Below are positions 48,354-55,956 of a DNA stretch of 64,000 nucleotides, piece after piece. This stretch comes from a virus. Positions within the stretch are counted from its first letter, which is position 1, and each line of letters opens with the position of its first letter. Under the pieces are notes generated by a model that saw only the letters and a program-made list of their open reading frames with translations, was not told where the DNA came from and ran no database searches. Location: positions 1 through 64,000 of IMG/VR virus record IMGVR_UViG_3300036668_000173. One strand, given 5' to 3'. A program made the translations under genes and the position numbers.

Positions 48354-49021
48354 AAGTAAAACTTGTATCGTACTCACAACCAACAGAAGATTTTATCGGC
48401 GATGGGCTAACCAACTTACAAGACTTAGTTGCATATTGTGCAAGGGTGTCTAATCCCTCTAATCAACTGAACAAGGACACCAATGAAAAATTGATCAAGT
48501 ATCTTATTAAGAATAAGCATTGGAGCCCACTCGAGATGGTTTCTGTTTGCATGGAAGTCGAAACAACTCGAGATATTGCCAGACAGTTTTTGCGGCATAG
48601 ATCCTTCTCTTTTCAGGAATTTAGCCAAAGATATGCAGATCCTACCAAAGACTTGGATTTTGTGATTCGAGAAGTTCGATTACAGGATACTACGAATAGA
48701 CAAAACTCTATTGGTATAGATCTTCAAACTGACGACGGTAGAAGGCTTTCATGGATGTTCGAGGCTCAACAACTAAAGGTTATTGAAGCCGCGAAAACTG
48801 CCTACGCTTGGGCGATCGAAAACGGCATTGCCAAGGAACAGGCTCGAGCAGTTTTACCAGAAGGCTTGACCGTTTCGCGCATGTACGTGAATGGTACCCT
48901 TAGGTCTTGGATCCACTACTGTGAGCTTAGGTCTGCTAATGGTACACAGTTAGAACACATCGAGATCGCCAAGGCATGTAGTGAGGTCATCGCCAAGGTG
49001 TTTCCCCTGATCAACGAATAA
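48350..49021 (+). CDS. thyX: Flavin-dependent thymidylate synthase
   Basis: HWSPLE, RHRSFSFQEFSQRY signature, EQARAVLP. Confidence 0.95.
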   Translation: MKVKLVSYSQPTEDFIGDGLTNLQDLVAYCARVSNPSNQLNKDTNEKLIKYLIKNKHWSPLEMVSVCMEVETTRDIARQFLRHRSFSFQEFSQRYADPTKDLDFVIREVRLQDTTNRQNSIGIDLQTDDGRRLSWMFEAQQLKVIEAAKTAYAWAIENGIAKEQARAVLPEGLTVSRMYVNGTLRSWIHYCELRSANGTQLEHIEIAKACSEVIAKVFPLINE

Positions 49022-49040
49022 GGACAAACGCCCGTTGTTC

Positions 49041-49084
49041 ATCTACACACAAGGTATAAAAAATAGTATACCTTGTGTGTAGAT
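49041..49084. repeat. Perfect 18-bp inverted repeat with 8-nt loop
   Basis: atctacacacaaggtata (49041-49058) / tataccttgtgtgtagat (49067-49084). Confidence 0.9.
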
Positions 49085-49116
49085 TCGTGTACAATTAACG
49101 TATAGATAACCAAACA

Positions 49117-49124
49117 TATAAATA
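49117..49124 (+). promoter_or_regulatory. Late promoter TATAAATA
   Basis: Exact consensus 5 nt upstream of the 49130 ATG. Confidence 0.75.
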
Positions 49125-49129
49125 TACAC

Positions 49130-50143
49130 ATGAAAACCTTTAAATCCTTCCTAGCCGAGCAAGTCAAAATTTCTACCAGAGAACAGGTAGAATCAATCAT
49201 TGCTTCGTATAAAAACGCCAGCGAGATATTGAATCCTGACTATCAGAATTTAGCTCAGAGAGCAAATAACATATTGTCAAGATATTCGGAATTGGCTAAA
49301 AAACCTGTATGGGATTATTTCAGAGATCTACGTCAATATGACGAGGTCACTGATTTAGACTATGGATGGGGTATTGGTTTATCTTTAAATGGTTTGTCGA
49401 CCTTCGAGAAAAAATTAGATAAAATTAAAAAGACGAAATACCCAGCCGAAGTAAGTGGCGTTGTAAAAAAAATTGTTTCTGTTGCCGATAATATCTTGAG
49501 CGATTGGAAACAAATCTCTATTGACATGAAAGCCTTAAAGCTCAAAGTCGTAAAGGTTACTGTAAAGCGTCAACAAGAAAAAGAAGTCAAGACAGAAATA
49601 CTTAAAGGTAAGTTTCGTGATTCTTCTTCCTTGATAAAAGTACTCGAGAGTCATTTAGAAGAGTATAAGGAAAGGGCTAGAACAGAGTCTACGAAATTTG
49701 TTAAATCTAAGCTCGATGCGCTGGCCGCAAAAAATTGGGATTTAAGTGTCGTGGCACCTCGACCAAATAGTAATAATTCGAGAGAAGAATATATGAGAGC
49801 AATTGCTCGTAGATCTATCTATGAGTTATTGACTGATTCAAAAGATAAAACGCCACGATCCACATCAGATGTTCGTGTAGTTCGCGAATTGGGTGTTGCT
49901 AAATATATCAAAGATAGCGTAGACGGAGCCGAGCAAAGCTATCGGGAGTTTATGCAAAAGATGATCGAGAAAATTGGCAAGCCAGTTGTAACTGCGAAGT
50001 TTTTGGGTAACATCTGGACAGGTTCAGTTCTTGATGTCGTAACAAACGATGGCGAAAGTCAGCGCTGGAACACTAAGATGATCATTAACTTTTCAAAGTA
50101 TCAGAAGATGTTTAATCAGTTTCCTACAACCAGAAAAAAATAA
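49130..50143 (+). CDS. Putative capsid-internal (ejected) protein, N-terminus MKTFKSFLAE
   Basis: Very close to the T4 IPIII capsid-targeting sequence MKTYQEFIAE; late promoter. Confidence 0.65.
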   Translation: MKTFKSFLAEQVKISTREQVESIIASYKNASEILNPDYQNLAQRANNILSRYSELAKKPVWDYFRDLRQYDEVTDLDYGWGIGLSLNGLSTFEKKLDKIKKTKYPAEVSGVVKKIVSVADNILSDWKQISIDMKALKLKVVKVTVKRQQEKEVKTEILKGKFRDSSSLIKVLESHLEEYKERARTESTKFVKSKLDALAAKNWDLSVVAPRPNSNNSREEYMRAIARRSIYELLTDSKDKTPRSTSDVRVVRELGVAKYIKDSVDGAEQSYREFMQKMIEKIGKPVVTAKFLGNIWTGSVLDVVTNDGESQRWNTKMIINFSKYQKMFNQFPTTRKK

Positions 50144-50161
50144 TAAAATAAGGGTTTTAAC

Positions 50162-50893
50162 ATGTTAGATATAATTTCGTTTTCTTCTTTTGTGGCATTG
50201 CAGGAGGGTGTAGTAAACCCTGCAATGCTTGGCGATAAAGATATACAAAAATTAGATAAAATGTTAAAGAACCCTAGGGCAAGTGAAATAGAAAAAAGAG
50301 ACTCCTTGGCTAGTATACATGCCAAATATTTGCCCCTGATTACAAGTGTGATGAATAAGTTCCAATCTCAGGTCAAACGAGAAATGGGAAACCTACCAAA
50401 GGTAAAGTTTTTAGCAGGAACCAAGCCCTTCGAGTCTCTTATATCTAAAGTGATTTCCCGAGGAAAGAAAATATCAGAGATAAACGACCTAGTTCGTGGG
50501 GCAGTTCTATTTGACACCAAGGAACAAGCAGACGCCTTTGTTAAGAATTTCACTAGGAGAAACTCCTCTAATGTGGTAGAATATGAAGTGAAGGATAAGG
50601 GTTCAGACACTACGTATGGTTATTTTGGTTCTCACCATATAGGGCTCAATATTGATGGTATAATTGTTGAGCTACAAGTGATGACCCGAAAGCTTTGGAA
50701 TTACAAAGGCTCGGCACACGTTATTTACAACAATACCCGAGAAAAAAAGGGAGGCCCTAATAAGTTTGACATTTCTCAGTCTAAGAAAATCTTTGCTTTA
50801 GGGAATCGTCCCGGCTATGTAAAAGATGATTGGGATTTAAGTGAGCTAGAAGTTATTCTGGAAACTAACGATGAAGCACCGTTTCGATATTGA
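50162..50893 (+). CDS. RelA/SpoT-family synthetase domain protein (small alarmone synthetase-like) with CTS-like N-terminus
   Basis: KPFESLISK, INDLVRG, YGYFGSHH, VELQVMT, HVIY correspond to the SYNTH motifs. Confidence 0.75.
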   Translation: MLDIISFSSFVALQEGVVNPAMLGDKDIQKLDKMLKNPRASEIEKRDSLASIHAKYLPLITSVMNKFQSQVKREMGNLPKVKFLAGTKPFESLISKVISRGKKISEINDLVRGAVLFDTKEQADAFVKNFTRRNSSNVVEYEVKDKGSDTTYGYFGSHHIGLNIDGIIVELQVMTRKLWNYKGSAHVIYNNTREKKGGPNKFDISQSKKIFALGNRPGYVKDDWDLSELEVILETNDEAPFRY

Positions 50894-51254
50894 TAAATTA
50901 AGTTATGTTGCCGAATTTGTCGGTGATCATGAGTTCATATTTTATGTAGATGTGGTTGAGTCAAAAATAAACCCCTATGTTATGTCTAAGGAGTGTTTAA
51001 GTTTTGGAGATGTGTCTCCCTTAAAGATTTTTAGTAAGATTGACTCTAAGGATGTCTTTAAGATTAAAAGTCACTTGGCTAAATTTATAGATAGCGTCTT
51101 AAGTCGATATGATCCTTATTACTTCTTCTATCGAGCAAACGAGGATCATAAGCGCTCGGTGTACTACAAATTCGGTCTTTACATTGCAAAAAAATACGGC
51201 TATAATATGTATGTAGATGACGTATTGGGTAAATTTAGTTTTTATAAGAGTTAA
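50871..51254 (+). CDS. Hypothetical protein
   Basis: Overlaps the 3' end of the SAS gene; aromatic-rich. Confidence 0.55.
   Translation: MKHRFDIDKLSYVAEFVGDHEFIFYVDVVESKINPYVMSKECLSFGDVSPLKIFSKIDSKDVFKIKSHLAKFIDSVLSRYDPYYFFYRANEDHKRSVYYKFGLYIAKKYGYNMYVDDVLGKFSFYKS
51178..51206 (+). promoter_or_regulatory. Sigma70/early-type promoter TTTACA-17-TATAAT
   Basis: tttaca 51178-51183, tataat 51201-51206, 17-bp spacer. Confidence 0.6.
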
Positions 51255-51256
51255 AT

Positions 51257-51700
51257 ATGAATGTTCATGTGACTGGTGGGAACAAACTTCAAAAAGAAAT
51301 TGCTCGTCAATTATGCGAATTCTTCAAGGCTAAGTACCTCAGTAAGTTCAAAACAATACGGATAGACATTTCTATTGAAAAAAATCTAGCCGAAGATTGT
51401 GGCTGTGATGGAGCTTGTACGCCCATTGGTGGAAATCGTGGTCGAGAGTTTGAAATAGAAATTGATCGTGATTTGTCTTTGATTCAGTTTATGAAAACAT
51501 TAACGCATGAGCTTACTCATGTTCGTCAATATGTGACAGGCGATATGGTAGAGGTCAAAGGTAAAGAGCCGAAGACGTTATGGAAAGGAAAGGACTACTC
51601 TAAGGTTTCGTATTCAAAGCAACCATGGGAGCGTCAGGCGTTTCGACTTCAAGAAAGTTTGTACCTAGAATTTTTAGCGAGTACTCCGTCAATCAAATAA
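51257..51700 (+). CDS. HEXXH zinc metallopeptidase-like protein
   Basis: TLTHELTHVRQY, PWERQA. Confidence 0.75.
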   Translation: MNVHVTGGNKLQKEIARQLCEFFKAKYLSKFKTIRIDISIEKNLAEDCGCDGACTPIGGNRGREFEIEIDRDLSLIQFMKTLTHELTHVRQYVTGDMVEVKGKEPKTLWKGKDYSKVSYSKQPWERQAFRLQESLYLEFLASTPSIK

Positions 51701-51763
51701 AATTTCACTAAGAGACTAAGGTCAAAAGTGATAACTTTGTTTTTATAAGGAATAATTTTTGTT

Positions 51764-52243
51764 ATGAATATACCCCACCTTGAGAACGTCGCCAAAGAAA
51801 TAGCGAAGTCTCGTCATTCTGGAATGGTTGACTTGTTAGGCGTAGACTATTTCTCTGGTCATCTAACATCAGTTGCCAATGGCGTTTTAGGTGACTCAAT
51901 TCTTGTGGCAATCGCATATCTTCACGATGTAATAGAAGACACTGATATTTCACCCGCCAACCTCTCTAATGTATTAATAGCCTCATCCGATAATATGTAT
52001 GACGCATCTATCGTCAAGGATGTTGTCGATGCTGTCGTGGCTATGTCTAAGGTTTCAGGTGAGACCTATAACGAATACTTAGCGCGTGTCGCCTCTAATC
52101 CTTTATCAGTAAAAGTTAAGATAGCAGATATTATGAATAACATGGACGAATCACGTGGAATTATTTCTGATCACAAATTCGTTAGCAGAAGAGTTAAGTA
52201 CTCGGACGCATTAGTCTATCTACGTGGAATCGACTCGCAATAG
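51764..52243 (+). CDS. HD-domain hydrolase (SpoT/Mesh1 small alarmone hydrolase-like)
   Basis: H.G..D..G..Y...H...VA, AYLHDVIEDT, VKIADIMNN. Confidence 0.8.
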   Translation: MNIPHLENVAKEIAKSRHSGMVDLLGVDYFSGHLTSVANGVLGDSILVAIAYLHDVIEDTDISPANLSNVLIASSDNMYDASIVKDVVDAVVAMSKVSGETYNEYLARVASNPLSVKVKIADIMNNMDESRGIISDHKFVSRRVKYSDALVYLRGIDSQ

Positions 52244-52252
52244 GATTTAAAT

Positions 52253-52822
52253 ATGTTATTAAAACTGAGAATTTTATATAATTTATCTTTCATGTTGGTC
52301 TTGTTTGTGTTTTTATCGGTGGCAACTTACTCTATGATAAGACCAACTCCTCCTCAGGTTTTCAATGTTTCTAGTATTCAAACCTTTGATGCCCTTCCCT
52401 TGGTCACTGAAGTTATATACTATAAAAGGGATCCAATAAAAATCACAAAAAAAGACCTTGATTGCCTCGAAAAGAACATATACTACGAGGCAGGTGTAGA
52501 GAATAGAAATGGTAAGATCGCAGTTGCTCAGGTGACCTATAATCGCCTAAAGTCTGGGAAATGGGGGGACACCTTTTGTAAGGTGATATATGCGCCACAT
52601 CAATTTTCTTGGACTAAACAGCGTAAAAAGGAAAAGCCCAAAGGTGCGTTATGGGAAGAAAGTAAATCAGTCGCGAAAGAGTTCGTGAACGGAATCCGTA
52701 TACAATCCCTTAAAAACTCCATACACTATCATGCCACATGGATAGATGAGCCTCACTGGGCAGATGAAGAAAGAATAGTTAAGACCATTGGTCAACACGT
52801 CTTTTACAGTCAAATACGTTAG
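52253..52822 (+). CDS. Cell wall hydrolase (SleB/Hydrolase_2) with N-terminal TM anchor
   Basis: CL..NIYYEAG.E, AVAQVT.NR, QFSW, IGQHVFY. Confidence 0.88.
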   Translation: MLLKLRILYNLSFMLVLFVFLSVATYSMIRPTPPQVFNVSSIQTFDALPLVTEVIYYKRDPIKITKKDLDCLEKNIYYEAGVENRNGKIAVAQVTYNRLKSGKWGDTFCKVIYAPHQFSWTKQRKKEKPKGALWEESKSVAKEFVNGIRIQSLKNSIHYHATWIDEPHWADEERIVKTIGQHVFYSQIR

Positions 52823-52860
52823 TACTAGTCGAAATAAATACTACTCAAAAGTTTATTTTA

Positions 52861-52868
52861 TATAAATA
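52861..52868 (+). promoter_or_regulatory. Late promoter TATAAATA
   Basis: Exact consensus heading the 52949-55508 operon. Confidence 0.75.
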
Positions 52869-52948
52869 TAAGTAATTGAATATAAACTTGTAACAGGCCG
52901 AGGCATATAAATTTTCGCCTCACTCCTAATGGGAAAGTATAAACTAGT

Positions 52949-53332
52949 ATGAAAACATTTAAAGAATTTTCGTTGGACGAACAACTATCAACCCAATCAA
53001 GGTTGAAGAAAAAGCAGTCGTTACGAAGAAATAAAGCTAAAATAAAACTAGGAAAACTAAGAGCATCAAGGAAGCTTGCATCTCAGGACGTGATCGCAAA
53101 ACGCGCCAGACGTGCCGCGAGAGCCTTTATGTTCAAGAGACTAGTAAAAGGTAAAACAAAAAACGAGTTGCCTTACTCATCACGTCAGACATATGAGAAA
53201 ATCATAGATCGTCGCAAGGGCGCCGTAGATAAATTAGCAAAACGCCTTATCCCTAAAATTAGAAAAGCCGAGATGCAACGTAAGTTAAATCGTCGTCAGG
53301 CTCAAAGTGGGAGCGTCGCCAAAAATGATTAA
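52949..53332 (+). CDS. Highly basic putative prohead core/internal protein (gp68-like), N-terminus MKTFKEFSLDE
   Basis: CTS-like start followed by an R/K-rich body. Confidence 0.65.
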   Translation: MKTFKEFSLDEQLSTQSRLKKKQSLRRNKAKIKLGKLRASRKLASQDVIAKRARRAARAFMFKRLVKGKTKNELPYSSRQTYEKIIDRRKGAVDKLAKRLIPKIRKAEMQRKLNRRQAQSGSVAKND

Positions 53333-54524
53333 ATCCTTTTCGGACTACCTACAAGAATCATCACGTGAAATTACGATCGTGCGTGGCGCATTTAATCCAC
53401 CCATAGAAGATCATGAAAAACTTTTCGAAGCCGCCTCTAAGCTATCGGGTGGTGGAAAGTATCGCATACATGCAACAAAACTATCAGGAACCCCTAAGGC
53501 TCCTTTGGTGTATGAAAATAAAATAAAGTACATGAGGAAAATGTTCCCACGACATGCCAGAGCTATCGTGTTAGATTCGCATACCTCGGTTCAATCCATT
53601 CTGTCTGATTTGTATAGTGAAGGTTATACGAAAGTTAACATTGTCACAGAGTCAAAAGATTCTAGGTCATACGAAGCGATGATCTCTAATTCAAATAGAA
53701 AAGAGACAAGACACGGGTTCTATAGTTTTTTACCTTCGGACATTCAGATCGTTTCTGTTCAGATGAACGAATCAAAAATTAAAAATATAACCGAATCTGT
53801 TGAGACCGAAAGCTTTCAAGATTTCTGTTCACTTCTACCTTCAACATTCAAAGAATCAAAAGACCTATACAATGACGTTCGTGTAGGCATGGGACTTTTA
53901 CCCATGAAAGATTTTAGAACTCACCTACGACTAGAAACTGTTTCGGATGTACGCGAATCGTATATCATGGGAAATTTATTTAATATCGGTGATGAAGTGG
54001 TGATCAAAGAGTCTAATAAAATCGGTAAGGTTGCGCTCTTAGGATCAAATTATGTTTTGATCGAAATGTCAGACGGTTCTAAGGTTCGTAAGTGGTTGGA
54101 GTCCATAGAACGAGTCGGAGAGTATGACGAATACGAAGAGATCAACGAGGCTTGGTTTAAAGATCTTTTAGATAAAGTGTCTAAGGTCACCAACCGTGGT
54201 GGGTATCGAGAAGCATCAAAAATTCTAAAGATGGTTGTTGACAAAAAGAAAAAAGATGGAACTTTAAAACATCCGACTGGTTATTATGCAATGAGAATTG
54301 CAAAACAGTTCAAGGGTAACATAAACCCACAAGAATTGTTAAAGATGATCAGCGAAGAAGAAGAGCGTCCTGTGGGAACTACAGGAGTATTGAAAACTGC
54401 AGACTACAAAATTTCACCTACTACGGGTCGAAAGGTTCGCGCACACACCATCAATTTGAATAGAAAAGTAATTAAACCATCGACGAAGATAGAATCATTT
54501 TCTTCGTTCAACACAAAACAATAA
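53325..54524 (+). CDS. Cytidylyltransferase/NMNAT-like (HxGH-fold, degenerate) multidomain protein, N-terminus MIKSFSDYLQE
   Basis: GAFNPPIEDHEKL, KYMRKMFP, RESYI.G..F..GD.V. Confidence 0.65.
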   Translation: MIKSFSDYLQESSREITIVRGAFNPPIEDHEKLFEAASKLSGGGKYRIHATKLSGTPKAPLVYENKIKYMRKMFPRHARAIVLDSHTSVQSILSDLYSEGYTKVNIVTESKDSRSYEAMISNSNRKETRHGFYSFLPSDIQIVSVQMNESKIKNITESVETESFQDFCSLLPSTFKESKDLYNDVRVGMGLLPMKDFRTHLRLETVSDVRESYIMGNLFNIGDEVVIKESNKIGKVALLGSNYVLIEMSDGSKVRKWLESIERVGEYDEYEEINEAWFKDLLDKVSKVTNRGGYREASKILKMVVDKKKKDGTLKHPTGYYAMRIAKQFKGNINPQELLKMISEEEERPVGTTGVLKTADYKISPTTGRKVRAHTINLNRKVIKPSTKIESFSSFNTKQ

Positions 54525-54542
54525 AAATAAGGAAGTTAAGTA

Positions 54543-55508
54543 ATGGACTTTTTCAAACTTAGAAACGAAGAACTCGGAAAGCATAACGAGGTCGGTACTC
54601 CAGAGGTGGTGGCAAAATTTAAGCGTGGTACCCCAGGGCAACTCTCTTCTCCCCCTGCTCGTCAACCCGCGCGTCGTGGTGACAAGCTCAATACAAAAAT
54701 GGGTAACTATACTAAAATTACACAAAAAGAAATTGGCGTAAAGAATAGTTTCTCTGAAGAGAAGAAGGATCCTTGTTGGAAAGGCTACAAGGCAATTGGC
54801 ATGAAGAAGAAGGGTGGTAAGTCTGTTCCTAACTGTGTTCCTGTCAAAGAGTATGTCGACGCAGATCTGAGTGAATCTATCATTCAAGAAATGCAGGGTG
54901 CCAACATGGATACTCGACAAGTTCATTCGCATTTAAAAAAGGGTGGCTGGTCTCTTACTCGAACTAGTGGTGGACATGACGTTTTTACACACCCAGATTC
55001 TGAGAATCATATTTCGGTGCCCCGTCACAAGCAACTAAAGGCTCCTTTGATTTTAGGAATTTTAAAGACAGCAAAAACCGCCAAACCGTCTAAGCCCACC
55101 AAACCCATTGAAGAGGCTAAAAAGGCGCCTAGTTATAATTTATACCATAAAGATTTTTCGGGCGCCATGCAACATGCATATGATCATGCAAAAACAAAGT
55201 ACGGCATAACAATTCATCCAGATGAGATTGATAACAAAGTTGCCATAGGCCCAAAAAAACCATCAAGTGGAAAAACAAATTCATATAGATTAAAGGGCGA
55301 CAAGGGGACTATACAAGTTCAGGTGGCAAACCTCGATAATAAAAGATATGAACTAAACATGTACAAAGAATCATTGGACAAGAAAGCGAATGTCGGAGAT
55401 TATGTTTCGGACTTCAAAAAATCAGATGCTCCACAGTTCAAGGGAAAGACTAAGAAAGAACGTCAGAAAATGGCAGTCGCGGCATTTTACTCTTCTAAGA
55501 AAGGGTAA
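54543..55508 (+). CDS. Modular putative internal polyprotein containing a HicA-like RNase domain (54906-55073)
   Basis: Modules DPCWKGY...VPNCVP; MDTRQV..HLKKGGW...RTSGGHDVFTHP....ISVPRH; Y.LYH...YELNMY; DF.KSDAPQFKGK. Confidence 0.65.
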   Translation: MDFFKLRNEELGKHNEVGTPEVVAKFKRGTPGQLSSPPARQPARRGDKLNTKMGNYTKITQKEIGVKNSFSEEKKDPCWKGYKAIGMKKKGGKSVPNCVPVKEYVDADLSESIIQEMQGANMDTRQVHSHLKKGGWSLTRTSGGHDVFTHPDSENHISVPRHKQLKAPLILGILKTAKTAKPSKPTKPIEEAKKAPSYNLYHKDFSGAMQHAYDHAKTKYGITIHPDEIDNKVAIGPKKPSSGKTNSYRLKGDKGTIQVQVANLDNKRYELNMYKESLDKKANVGDYVSDFKKSDAPQFKGKTKKERQKMAVAAFYSSKKG

Positions 55509-55572
55509 TACCATATTATGGCTCAGTATAATAAATATATACAGAATATATTCAACAATAAGGAATGCAATA

Positions 55573-55941
55573 ATGCCGTCAATATCAAATACCACAACTA
55601 GAACACAGTTGCAGGACTTGGAAAGAAAAATGGATCAACATATGACTCAAGCAAAAAACTCTGAGGGACGTATGCATCGTATTGAGGATAAGTTGGATCA
55701 GTTAGCCGAGGCGGTTATTTCTATTGCGCGAGCAGAAGAGAAAATTGCAATCCTAATGCAAGATACTAAAGATATAAAATTTTCATTGGCAGATACATCA
55801 CACAGGATACAACAAGTCGAGTTAGCCGCTCGTTCTAATGAATCAGATCTAAAGATACTAAACAAGTTCTTCTGGCTAATAGCAACAACATCAATAACAC
55901 TGGCTGGGACTGCGATCCTCATGGCCGTAGAAATTTTTTAA
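55573..55941 (+). CDS. Coiled-coil protein with C-terminal TM helix
   Basis: RIEDKLDQLAEAVISIARAEEKI heptads; hydrophobic C-terminus; ATG 55573 after aagga. Confidence 0.65.
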   Translation: MPSISNTTTRTQLQDLERKMDQHMTQAKNSEGRMHRIEDKLDQLAEAVISIARAEEKIAILMQDTKDIKFSLADTSHRIQQVELAARSNESDLKILNKFFWLIATTSITLAGTAILMAVEIF

Positions 55942-55956
55942 AGGAATAAATTCAAA

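Noticed and set aside
55390-55572. N-terminal extension of the 55390 ORF
   Set aside because: It overlaps the previous gene and a promoter-like gap; the RBS-supported start is 55573
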